From: Eledone cirrhosa
Lineage: Eukaryota
Assembly (NCBI GenBank): GCA_964016885.1
Contig: OZ024754.1
Coordinates: 13,082,001 to 13,146,000 of the forward strand
Length of the DNA: 64,000 nt
Reading direction: 5' to 3'
The translations under genes were made by a program, and so were the position numbers. Under the pieces are notes generated by a model. It ran no database searches and was not told the DNA's origin. It saw nothing but the letters and a program-made list of their open reading frames with translations. Numbering within the stretch: the first letter of the stretch is position 1; each line of letters starts with the position of its first letter. Shown in pieces: positions 1-11,662 of this stretch.

Positions 1-243
1 GGGGATTTGTTATTTGTCATCCCATTTCTCATTCCTATTCTAGGGTTGATTTTAGTTTGCTACTTGGAGTGGGGAGGAGGCCGCTGTCACCATTAAAGTT
101 CCCTGTATAGGTGCTGTTACTGCCCCCCCCCCCCCCCACCACCACCACCACCATAGATATTACACACTCTTTAATAAAAATAACATTAAAATCTCATTCT
201 CACAGTTAGTGACTTTTTTGCTTCTTCCCACATCCTGGATGCA

Positions 244-516
244 GTGGTAATGGCGAGAGCTACAGCATCTGCAGCTGAACGGAACAAAACCCTAACATAC
301 CTTGTTCTGTTAGCTAACTACATTATCCCGCCTGTGGCGTCCGAGACGTTTGGGGGTGTCAGGCTACTGACAACGAGGTTCTTATCTTCACTGGCGGCTC
401 ACAAAACAGAGGTAACTGGTGATACTCGTGAGAGCACTTGGTTGTTCCAGCACCTCAGCCTCGCCATCACCCCAGGTACCGCTTCGAGCGTGCTGGCTTG
501 CCTCAAACATTATTAG
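244..516 (+). pseudogene. C-terminal restriction-like endonuclease region of a CRE-like non-LTR retrotransposon (fragment)
   Basis: Peptide A.AE..K..Y..L....P.A.ETFG....FL........TGD.RE..WLFQHLSLAI..G.A.SVL resembles the conserved C-terminus of CRE-clade ORFs, with several motif residues decayed. A T-rich 3' region follows. Confidence 0.6.
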
Positions 517-1420
517 AGAGGTTTCCCAGTGCTCCTCGCGATATTGCTATATTTTACTCTGGTAACGGCTCGTTTTTACCACTCCTTCGCCTGCATTTAG
601 TTCTATGTGGTCTAAGATGTGAGTATTACGTGTTTTTTTCTTTCTTTTTTCCTTTTCCCTTTCCTTTGTAGATGTTATATTTAGTTGTGTTTTCGTTCTG
701 TAATCATTATATTAAATTTTTATACAAATGAGTTTAAAAAAAGAGAATTAAATTGTGTTGTTAATAAATAAATAAAAGGTTGTACTTCAATTTACACTCC
801 CATTTCCAATTCATCAAAGCTATCATGACTGTATGACTATATGTGTGTGTTTGTGTAAATTGTATATGTGTGAATGTGTGTTTGTGTAAATGTATATGTG
901 TGAATGTATGAATGTATATGTGTGAATGTATGTATGTATATGTGTGAAAGTATGTGTATATGTGTGAATGTAAGTCCGTGAGCGTATATTTTTGTAAGTT
1001 TGTGTTTGCGCGATTAGAGTTATATACTCATACATATAGATGTATGTATATGCACATACATACACACTCATACACACACACACACATACACACATACGCT
1101 TCAGCGTGTTGTTGAAAAAATCCTAATCTCTTCATCTCTCCCTCTCTCTCTCTCTCTCTGTATATATATATATATATATGTCTTATAATCACTCTATTTA
1201 TCTCTCTCTCACCACACACACTCTCTTTCTCGCTCTGTCTATATATATATATATTTGGTAGTTGAAGTGGCGGTGGTGGTGGCAATATACTGAAAGGGTA
1301 GAAATTTGAAACTTTTAAAAGAAGTCAATTTTAAATAAGAAATAAAATTATCTTTATTTAATCAAGAGTTGCGAAATATAGTACATAAATTATGTAATAT
1401 TCATTCATTATTTATTCAAA

Positions 1421-1610
1421 GGCGGTGGATTGGCAGTATCCGTGGAGGGTCGAACGCCATGCTTTCCAGCATAGTTACGTCCCTTTACGATCTGAGTTCA
1501 AATCCCGCCGAGGTTGACTTTGCCTTTCATCCTTACGGGGTCGATAAAATAAAGTACCAGTAACGCACTGGGTATAATTGCTGGCCTTGTGCCTAAAGTA
1601 GAAACAATTA
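1421..1610 (+). mobile_element. tRNA-derived SINE, family 1
   Basis: Box A-like TGGCAGTATCCGTGG, box B GAGTTCAAATCCC, conserved core TTGCCTTTCATCCTTACGGGGTCGATAAAATAAAGTACCAG, 3' end GGCCTTGTGCCTAAAGTAGAAACAATTA. Eight copies occur in the window. Confidence 0.9.
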
Positions 1611-1619
1611 TTTATTCAG

Positions 1620-1803
1620 AGGTTGTGGATTGGCCGTATCGGTAGAGGGTCGGACGCCTTGCTTTGCAGCAAAGAGTTACGGCCCTTTATAGTCTGAGTC
1701 AAATCCCGCCGATGTTAACTTTGCCTTTCATCCTTACGGGGTCGATAAAATAAAGTACCAGTAATGTATTTGCTGGCCTTGTGCCAAAAAGTAGAAACAA
1801 TTA
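1620..1803 (+). mobile_element. tRNA-derived SINE, family 1 (head-to-tail with previous copy)
   Basis: Same motifs as 1421-1610 with diagnostic differences (GCAGCAAAGAGTTAC, GTTAACTTT). Confidence 0.9.
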
Positions 1804-1829
1804 TTTATTCAAAGTAATCCAACTTATTT

Positions 1830-1895
1830 TACTAACTGGATTAAAATATATAAACTGTACGCTGTCCGACACTCCTCCCTTTATTATAGTATAGA
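1830..1895 (-). mobile_element. possible Helitron 5'-end remnant
   Basis: Minus strand reads A|TCTATACTATAATAAAGGGAGG, similar to the Helitron 5' end at 49825. No convincing CTAG/hairpin 3' end. Confidence 0.35.
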
Positions 1896-2299
1896 TAATA
1901 TTAATTTATAGACTGTATAAGAGTATTTCATTTATTCTAATTAGTTTACACAATTATCGCTGAAACTAATTCACCTCAGACCTCAAGATTGTTCACAAGA
2001 AGAAACCATATAAAGACAGCTGCTTAGGGTTGCTTAGCGTATGTAACTAATCACGTAATAATTAATCACATATATACAGTGCTCGTTTAAAACTCGTGGC
2101 TTTATTTTATTACTCTTGTGTTTCTTTGCACTCCCTATCTCACTGTCAACAAAAGCCTCGGACTATGTCCAGTAGCTGGATTGACCCCTCTTTCTCTCCC
2201 GGTTACTTACATACATGTATTTCTTCTCAGTATGTTCTTTGCGTTTTTTTTTTCCTCTTTTCCCATCTGTTTAATTTTTTTCTCTCTCTCCTTTTTTCA

Positions 2300-2398
2300 C
2301 CCAATAACTTCCACAAGTTATTGATGCACTGGAGTTAGACATATTGTCTTTAATGCGTTGAAATGTCCGTGATCTCCAGCAGACGACTGAAGAAGGGA
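2300..2398 (+). ncRNA. non-circularly permuted hammerhead-like RNA, copy A
   Basis: GACAT-A-TTGTCT ... T-GAA-ATGTC ... AGACGA-CTGAAGA-AGGG. Stem III GACAT/ATGTC, stem I TTGTCT/AGACGA, upstream hairpin CAATAACTT/AAGTTATTG. Confidence 0.7.
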
Positions 2399-2495
2399 TT
2401 GTCCCCCGTTTGTGCTTTCCTTTTATTTTTAAATACACTTAATCAAGTAATCACACAGCTCCCTGTTTTTTCCATATTTATATATATATATATAT

Positions 2496-2572
<77 letters not shown>

Positions 2573-2630
2573 AGGAAGTTATAGTTCACTTGAAGCATTG
2601 TGTAATGAGGTATAAACGTTTGTATATGTA

Positions 2631-2814
2631 TAATTGTTTCTACTTTAGGCACAAGGCCAGCGATTACCCAGTGCATTACTGGTACTTTATTTTATCGACC
2701 CCGTAAGGATGAAAGGCAAAGTCAACCTCGGCGGGATTTGAACTCAGATCATAAAGGGAGATAACTATGCTGGAAAGCATGGCGTCCGACCCTCTACCGA
2801 TACTGCCAATCCAC
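2631..2814 (-). mobile_element. tRNA-derived SINE, family 1
   Basis: Reverse complement of the 1421-1610 family. Confidence 0.9.
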
Positions 2815-2977
2815 ATAAAGCCAAAACAATGCAGGTATGGACACAGAATAAAGAATGCAAATGCAAAAGATATTGTTAAAAGGCAAAAGACTAATTGTCA
2901 ACAATATCTTTTGCATTTGCATTCTTTATTCTATGTCCATACCTGCATTGTTTTGGCTTTATTATACATATACAAAC

Positions 2978-3017
<40 letters not shown>

Positions 3018-3189
3018 CAAGTAAGTATGTTTTGAAACAGTGAGCAGGTTTAAAATTAGAAAATAGAATATAGCTTTCACCGTATTTTTGACTAAAGGAA
3101 TTTTAGCCTGATAATGGGATTTAGAACCCTCAGATAAATGGAAAAAGATGAGTATTGACGTACATGTATGTTAATACTCATCTTTTTTC

Positions 3190-3219
<30 letters not shown>

Positions 3220-3222
<3 letters not shown>

Positions 3223-3707
3223 TAAATCTACCAAAATATACGGTGGTGTCCAATCCGTATGAAGAACTCAATGTAATCCAAATATCATGAAAAGAGAAGA
3301 TGTATTCAAAATTTTTTAGATGAAAAACAAAGGAAAACAGAGTCAAGATAAATTAATCAAAATAATGAATAAAAACAAAGAAACAGTTACTTATATAAAA
3401 AAATTCATCATTTTACGATCGTTTCTAGGATATATATGCGTGTGTTGGTATGTATATCATATAGATCTATGTAAAAATTTTACAAACTATCAGAGGGAAT
3501 ATACATACCTACACATATATATGCTGCCTTCAGACAGCATATATATGTGTAGGTATGTATATTCCCTCTGATAGTTTGTAAAATTTTTACATAGATCTAT
3601 ATGATATACATACCAACACACGCATATATATCCTAGAAACGATCGTAAAATGATGAATTTTTTTATATAAGTAACTGTTTCTTTGTTTTTATTCATTATT
3701 TTTATTA

Positions 3708-3713
<6 letters not shown>
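3220..3713 (-). mobile_element. severely 5'-truncated Penelope-like element with inverted (snap-back) pLTR
   Basis: Near-perfect palindrome ~3348-3713 centred at ~3530 plus an unpaired tail 3220-3347. Homologous to 60590-60925 at the 3' end of the GIY-YIG element. (TA)n on both sides. Confidence 0.8.
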
Positions 3714-3744
<31 letters not shown>

Positions 3745-3960
3745 GCTGCCTTAAGGTGATCTGATGCATTTTCAACCTGAAATTTAGCGAGTATTAATTA
3801 TTTACTGAATAAATATCAATTGTGGTGCCTATTCTCCTACCATATAAATCTCAACACTATGGAGAAGGTTGACTTGATAATGATTGGATATATATACATA
3901 TACATACATACATATAAACACACAACCACACACACATATGTATATTACATATCTATCTAG

Positions 3961-4151
3961 GGAGGTGGATTGGCAGTATCGGTAGAGGATCGTACGCCAT
4001 GCTTTGCAGCAAAGAGTTACAGTCCTTTATGGTCTGAGTTCAAATCCCACCGAGGTTAACTTTGTCTTTCATCCTTACGGGGTCGATAAAATAAAGTACC
4101 AGTAATACACTGGGATAATTGGTGGCCTTGTGCCAAAAGTAGAAACAATTA
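3961..4151 (+). mobile_element. tRNA-derived SINE, family 1
   Basis: Same box A/box B/core/3' motifs. Confidence 0.9.
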
Positions 4152-4164
4152 TCTATCTATCAAG

Positions 4165-4447
<283 letters not shown>

Positions 4448-4473
4448 CACACACACACACACACACATATATA

Positions 4474-4511
<38 letters not shown>

Positions 4512-4569
4512 CTCACTTTCTGATGCTTAACCATTTTGTTTGTTTACCCTCGCGTCCCCTTTATTTACG

Positions 4570-4673
4570 TGTCCCAACGACTTTTTTTAGCCGTTGTTCG
4601 CACCAACCGGAGGTATATGGTCTTTAAAGCGATGAAATGCCTATGATGGTTGGAAGATCACTGATGAAGGACA
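4570..4673 (+). ncRNA. non-circularly permuted hammerhead-like RNA, copy B
   Basis: AGGTAT-A-TGGTCTT ... T-GAA-ATGCCT ... AAGATCA-CTGATGA-AGGACA. Stem III 6 bp, stem I 7 bp (one G-U each). Upstream TGTCC and hairpin CAACG/CGTTG. The element is bounded by (TA)n at ~4510 and ~4723. Confidence 0.72.
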
Positions 4674-4719
4674 AACTTTCTTCATATGTAACCCATTTGC
4701 AACGCCGCAGCTCCATTAT

Positions 4720-4756
<37 letters not shown>

Positions 4757-4839
4757 TAAAAGGTAAACAGAATTAACAACACAAACGGTACAGAGTACAT
4801 GGAAGGTATATATTAGGTTAACGCTTGATATATATATAG

Positions 4840-4893
<54 letters not shown>

Positions 4894-5195
4894 CGACTAT
4901 CCTCATATTGAGAAACTTTCGCTGCAGTAATAGCAACCTTGAAATTCCTATCTAATAGCGTGAATATCTGTGGCGTATAATTATTATCTTTTGCTGAGAA
5001 GTATGAAGGAGTGTTCCCGAACACTGGCACAGCTTTTAATGTACCTTTTGTATGAACCTATACTTTATTGAAAACCAGATAGATAGATAAATATATTGAT
5101 TACTTGCTTGTTAAATTGATAGATATACGTACGCACACGTATACATGCATACATAGATACATAACCATACACCACTATATATGGACCATTTTACC

Positions 5196-5252
<57 letters not shown>

Positions 5253-5282
5253 CATATATATATATATATATATATGTATGTG

Positions 5283-5353
<71 letters not shown>

Positions 5354-5384
5354 ATATATATATATATATATGTATGTATATATG

Positions 5385-5415
<31 letters not shown>

Positions 5416-5568
5416 ATATATATATATATATATATGTGTATATATATATATATATATGTGTATATATATATATATATATGTGTATATATATATATATATA
5501 TGTGTATATATATATATATATATGTGTGTATATATATATATATATGTGTGTATATATATATATATATG

Positions 5569-5632
<64 letters not shown>

Positions 5633-5634
5633 TA

Positions 5635-5968
5635 TTATTCTCCCCAACAGTAGAGTAACCTTTGGTCATTTGAATGGCTGCTATTTTTAGTAGCGAGAGA
5701 TTGACCTGTCCACCTTGCTTTCAGTCTTTGCACACGGTACTAGACAAAGTTGTTTCATCATTCATTTGTTGGGGCAGTTTTGTATGGCGCCAGCTTGTAT
5801 TTTGAACTCGGGAGTCTTATATTCTCCGAGAGAGAAAAGCCTTCTGACGAGGATCTCTTTCTCAATGAAATCCGCTTGGATTATCTATTTGTTCTGGGAT
5901 CTGAAACCGCGGTAAAGGCACATATAGTAAATACAGTGAATTTTTTTCTTTATTTCTTTCCCCTTGTT

Positions 5969-5969
<1 letters not shown>
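5635..5969 (+). mobile_element. short hammerhead-bearing (Penelope pLTR-like) insertion in (TA)n
   Basis: Unique-looking segment bounded by long (TA)n on both sides and containing a complete hammerhead. Confidence 0.6.
5839..5919 (+). ncRNA. type I hammerhead ribozyme motif
   Basis: GCCTT-CTGACGA-GGATCTC...GGGATCT-GAA-ACCGCGGT-A-AAGGC. Stem I GCCTT/AAGGC, palindromic stem III, GUA site. Confidence 0.85.
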
Positions 5970-6042
<73 letters not shown>

Positions 6043-6231
6043 ACGAAGGAAATGTGGTAAGGAACCAGGTGGACCATAACGCACCAAAGTTGTCAATACT
6101 TAGGGTAGTAGAGTGGGTAATAGGAACGAGTAGGACCCCCGACGGCTGAGCTCAAGCCATTTCGACGGCTAATTCTGGACAGAATTAGCCGTCGAAACGG
6201 CTTGAGCTCAGCCGTCGGGGTCCTACTCGTT

Positions 6232-6235
<4 letters not shown>
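6043..6235 (-). mobile_element. snap-back pLTR-like element (GACGGCTGAGCTC family)
   Basis: Palindrome ~6120-6235 plus unpaired tail 6043-6119, (TA)n-flanked. Homologues at 44848-45032 and 45302-45439. Confidence 0.75.
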
Positions 6236-6270
<35 letters not shown>

Positions 6271-6275
<5 letters not shown>

Positions 6276-6663
6276 AACGAGTAGGACCCCGACGGCTGAG
6301 CTCAAGCCGTTTCGACGGCTAATTAAAGACTAAATGAAAATTTTTATCCTGGTATTTGAATAGCCGAGCTTCTCAAGGGGTAATTCCATATATGGTAAAA
6401 GTGATTGTCACAAGGATTGGTCAAAAGTTTGTTGTTGAGACATAATAATTCTATCATGGCAATTTGTGGATTGAAGGGGTAGCTGAACCTGCCAGTAGGA
6501 TAAAGAGGGAGAGGGGTGGAGGAGACCCAATCATGCGTTGATAGTGCCGACTACAGCTGGGCATGAGATCAAAGAAGATACTAGGGAGGGGGAGGAAGTC
6601 GAAACAATAAGTAAAACAGTATGGGGTAAATATATAGAAAAATACCGAGAGTGTTAAAAAGCA
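6271..6663 (-). mobile_element. longer copy of the GACGGCTGAGCTC family
   Basis: Begins with the same sequence as 6120-6174 and continues ~340 bp to the next (TA)n. Confidence 0.6.
6286..6381 (-). ncRNA. hammerhead-like motif with atypical core
   Basis: Minus strand ACCCC-TTGAGAA-GCTCGGCTA...TAGCCGTC-GAA-ACGGCT-TGAGCTC-AGCCGT-C-GGGGT. All three stems pair, GUC site, core differs from CUGANGA. Confidence 0.6.
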
Positions 6664-6664
6664 A

Positions 6665-6696
<32 letters not shown>

Positions 6697-6819
6697 GTAT
6701 ATAGTAATGATATATAAGGGAACAAAGAATCAGTGTTGCATCATATACATATTTAATTACATATTACAGATGTTTCACTGTCAATCAGCTCGAGGAACGA
6801 TCGATTGATGTTCAATGTT

Positions 6820-7027
<208 letters not shown>

Positions 7028-7458
7028 CTTCGCTTTTTCTACCCACCGAAATGCGATTCTCGCTGAATTTATATCTGTATTAATCTCCCGAGTCTTACAA
7101 TTAACCTGTTAATAATTCTATTGACAGATTAATTGCATAAGTTTATTTTAAAACTACCTGGTTGAGTGCTTATTCGATTTGTGCTATTTATGCAATATTT
7201 TGCATGATTTACACACACTGAATTCATTTGCCAAAATCTGGGGTTTTTCCCCTTTTGAGTTCCGCATGTACTTTTACAAAGCCCTGCGTCATTCACAAAG
7301 TTGGTGCAGAGCAAAATACCTGTTGATAACGCGATATTCCTTGTTCGATCATTACACCAAAAGCTTATAGTTTTAAGCAGACAGTATTATTGATTTAGGT
7401 GTCATAGAAACCCTGCATTTGGATTTTACCATCAATTCCAATGGGTCCAGGTTGGTTA

Positions 7459-7489
<31 letters not shown>

Positions 7490-7705
7490 GATTTTGCATT
7501 TATTTTGTTTGACCTGTTTAGCTTGACTTGTTTTTTGGCTTAGGTGGTTAATGCCTTCTTGACCACTTTTTCAGTTTGTATGGCGTTTTAACATATATAT
7601 TTAGCTGTTTTTTTAAACTATGGAGCGCTTGCTAGCATAACTCTGATTTTGTGTTTCGTTTCGCTTTTTCTACCCGCCGAAATGCGATTCTCGCTGAATT
7701 TATAT
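7028..7705. repeat. ~47-bp direct repeats (7028-7074 and 7659-7705) bounding a ~680-bp segment
   Basis: TTCGCTTTTTCTACCC[A/G]CCGAAATGCGATTCTCGCTGAATTTATAT occurs twice. Confidence 0.8.
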
Positions 7706-7943
7706 TTATATATATATAGTAATAATAATAAATGTAAAGACTAAAATCCGAAGAGATCTCGATAAGGATAAATATATATCAAATACACACATATATATAT
7801 ATATATATATATTAGAAAAGGGAATTAAGGTTCTACACAAAACAGTGGATATAGAGAAAAGGTGAAGTTGGAAATAGCACTGAAAAAATATTTTAGGGTC
7901 TGTTTTTCTTATTTTATCCTTTCTTTCATTCGTCAAAGTGACA

Positions 7944-8122
7944 TTAGCAGTATCGGTAGAGGGTCGGACGCTATGCTTTCCAGCATAGTTACGTCCCTTT
8001 ACGATCTGAGTTCAAATCCCGCCGAGGTTGACTTTGCCTTTCATCCTTACGGGGTCGATAAAATAAAGTACCAGTAATGCACTGGGTAATTGCTGGCCTT
8101 GTGCCTAAAGTAGAAACAATTA
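7944..8122 (+). mobile_element. tRNA-derived SINE, family 1
   Basis: Near-identical to 1432-1610. Confidence 0.9.
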
Positions 8123-8203
8123 TTGAGAAGATAACATTATTGAAAAGATGAGAGGGACAATTCTTTTTAAAAAAAAGTTTTATAATGTATATAAAGTATA
8201 TAA

Positions 8204-8249
8204 AGTTTTACCGGTTTTGATGTATTATTAAAATTCATCTTATCAAATG
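8204..8249 (-). ncRNA. decayed type I hammerhead-like motif
   Basis: Minus strand TTGATAA-GATG...CATC-AAAACCGGTA, interpretable as CTGATGA-GATG/CATC-GAAACCGGTA after three transitions. Confidence 0.3.
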
Positions 8250-8723
8250 TTGAGTATTGAAATAAAACATTAAAAAGAATTAATAGGAGTTAAAAACTAA
8301 AAATTAAAGATTTAAAATTAAAATCAAATGTTGGAGTAAGTTTTCTTCCTTCCTTCTTGCTCAAAGTTTGGTTGGAGAAGGAGTTCTTGTTAATAGAGAG
8401 GTGATAGCAGCAGCTCTGTTTCGCCACAGAACAAAGTTGTTTTTTTAGAAACATCCTGTAAATATGTGTGTGTGTGTATATCTGATTGTGTTAACTGACT
8501 GGTCAAGAGTTCAAAGGGGGATGGGGAATTGTAAGCTAGAGGTAAGTTCTGTTGCAGCAGCAGGAGTGTAAGAGAAATTCTATTATTGGAATATGGTTTC
8601 AGGGAGTGTGTGTATATATAACAATACACACACGTGTGTGTGTGTGTATGGGGTGTGTGCGGGGAGAGAGGGGTGCGTGTGTGTTTTTTTACCTGCCTGT
8701 CACAGATCCCTTTATATACATAC

Positions 8724-9020
<297 letters not shown>

Positions 9021-9123
9021 TGTCTTTAGATAAAAAATAACAGGTCCATTCATGATATATAGAGAGGAAGAGCCATATATCACTTGAGAAGCACATATAT
9101 AAGATTTTCTGGAACCATCTATA

Positions 9124-9317
9124 TAATTCTTTCTACTTTTTGGCACAAGGCCAGCAATTTCACCAGTGTATTACTGGACCTTTATTTTATCGACCCCCGT
9201 AAGGAAGAAAGACAAAGTTAACCTCGGCAGGATTTGAACTCAGACCTTAAAGGGCCGTAACTTCATGCTGCAAAGCATGGCGTCTGACCCTCTACTGATA
9301 CTGCCAATCCACCACCT
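9124..9317 (-). mobile_element. tRNA-derived SINE, family 1
   Basis: Reverse-complement match to the family, more diverged. Confidence 0.85.
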
Positions 9318-9324
9318 CATCCCA

Positions 9325-9660
9325 ATATAAGATCTTCTGGAATGATCTAAAGAATCTGACAGACGTAGCCAGTGTTATATAATAGCTTCTCGAATCTTTT
9401 ATAGATTTTTACAGACATAACTCACCAATGTTATATATAACTTTATGGAATCATCTATAAAATGTTAGACATAACTAACCAAAGTATTACAAGACATTCT
9501 AGAACCATTTATAGAATGTTACAGACATAACTAACCAATATTATATATAACTTTCTGGAATCATCTATAGAGTGTTACAGACATAACTAACCAATATTAT
9601 GTAAGACCTTCTGGAATAATCTATAGAATGTTACAGACATAACTAACCAATGTTATATAC
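9325..9660. repeat. ~56-bp minisatellite, about 6 diverged units
   Basis: Unit ~TTCTGGAATCATCTATAGAATGTTACAGACATAACTAACCAATGTTATATAAGACC. A partial unit lies left of the SINE at ~9100-9123. Confidence 0.85.
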
Positions 9661-9936
9661 GTTGTCTACCCAATCAAGGTTATCAATCTGAGCTAGTCCA
9701 GTTAGTGTGTTTTATTTTATCGTAGATGTTTAAATATCATTGGAAGATATGTTTGTGTTGCTGCTGCTGTTGTTGTTGTTGCTGTTGTTGTGGTTTTGGT
9801 GTTGTAGTTGTTGCTGTAGTTGTTGTTTTCGCTGTTGTTGTTGTTGTTGTTGTTGTTGCTGTGGTTTTGTCATTGTTGTTGTTGTTGTAGTTCTTAATGT
9901 TGTTTTTCTTATTACAATATTTGTTTCCGTAAATCA

Positions 9937-10101
9937 TAATTGTTTCTACTTTTGGCACAAGGCCAGCAATTCAATTACCCCAGTACATTACTGGTACTTT
10001 ATTTTATCGACCCCCGCAAGGATGAAAGGCAAAGTTAACCTCGGCGGGATTTGAACTCAGAATGGCAAGGGCCGTAACTATGCGTCAAAGCATGGCGTCC
10101 G
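9937..10101 (-). mobile_element. tRNA-derived SINE, family 1 (5'-truncated)
   Basis: Reverse-complement match; its tail merges into the (TTG)n tract at 9755-9890. Confidence 0.85.
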
Positions 10102-10362
10102 ATAGTGGTTGTGTGGGCGGTGGTGATGGTGATGATAACGATGGTGGGGGTGGTAGATGTGCGGGATTCACGGTGTTTCTCTCTATCTTTATCTACGTGG
10201 CTTTCACTATGTGTGTGTGTGTGTGTGGATATCACTTGGTTTGTGTGTTTATGTCTTTAATTATACTTATGTGTGTTTTATGTGTTTTATGTGTGTTTTA
10301 TGTATGTTTTATGTATGTTTTATGTGTGTTTTATTGATACCTAAATATCAATACATGTGTAT

Positions 10363-10731
10363 GGAGGTGCGTGGCCTTGTGGTCAGGGTGTCGTGGGTTC
10401 GATACCTTGGCTGGGTTGTGTGTTGAGTTCATGAGCAAAATATTTCATTTCACGTGGCTCACATATAGTCAGCTGAAAATGAGTACCATTAATAACTGGG
10501 ATTTTCACTCTACGATGGACTGGCGTCCTGTCCAGGTGTGTGTGTAGGGGGTGGTTGAACATAACGCCGCGAAACCCGGATATACACTGGCCTGACAAAA
10601 ATGAGTACCTGTGGGGAATTCACCCTACGATGGACTGGCGTCGTGTCCAGGAGGGCTGGGTGTTGAACATAACGCTATGAAACCTGGATATACACTGGCC
10701 TGACGACCCTCCTGGCTTGAGACTGACTTTA
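10363..10731 (+). mobile_element. tRNA-derived SINE, family 2 (V-domain-like), with duplicated 3' half
   Basis: Box A TGGCCTTGTGG, box B GGTTCGATACC, then CAGCTGAAAATGAGTACC and CTACGATGGACTGGCGTCCTGTCCAGG. The AAAATGAGTACC...CACTGGCCTGAC segment is repeated (10476-10596, 10597-10704). Confidence 0.75.
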
Positions 10732-10864
10732 GATCAACATGTGTTATACCATATCAATTTTATGGACGTAATCATTAAAAAGATGTCTGCTATTACTGCT
10801 GATGTTTTTACAAATGGCGCTGGTTTTGATGACGACGCTGAATATTAGAATGTTATTGTTTATA

Positions 10865-11207
10865 ATGACGACGACGACGATGATGGTGATGATGGTGATG
10901 ATGTTGGTGATGTTGGTGATGGCGATGATGATGTTGGGGATGATAATGTTGGTGATGATGTTGATGATGTTGATTATGATGATGTTGATTATGATGATGT
11001 TGGTGATGATGATGTTGGTGATGACGATGTTGGTGATGATGTTGTTGGTGATGATGTTGATTATGGTGATGATGTTGGTGATGATGATGATGATCGTGAT
11101 GATCGTGATGATGATGATGATGATGGTGGTGGTGACGATGATGATGGTGATGATGATGATGATGGTGATGGTGATGATGATGATGGTGGTGGTGACGATG
11201 ATGATGG

Positions 11208-11238
<31 letters not shown>

Positions 11239-11627
11239 GATGATGATGGTGATGATGATGGTGATGATGATGATGGTGATGATGATGGTGATGATGATGG
11301 TGATGATGATGGTGATCGTGATGATCGTGATGATGATGATGATGATGGTGGTGATGGTGATGATGATGATGATGGTGACGACGACGACGACGATGATGAT
11401 GATGATGATGGTGATGTTTAACCTCGACAACATACCGATGATAAAAACATTGTAACTCTGATGATGCCGCCATTTTAGGATTATATAAGACTGACTACGT
11501 TATCTAACGTTGACGATGACAACAACGATGACAATGATAAGGAGTAGACAGACGGCAATGTTGATGATGATGGGGATGGTGGTGATGATGATGGTGATGA
11601 TGGTGATGTTGATGATGTTGATGATGG

Positions 11628-11662
<35 letters not shown>

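Noticed and set aside
1421-1510. tRNA genes at SINE heads
   Set aside because: Box A and B are present but there is no closed cloverleaf, and the sequence continues into the SINE body
3755-3800. CTGATGC...GAAAT hammerhead-like string
   Set aside because: Core mismatch and no convincing stems II or III
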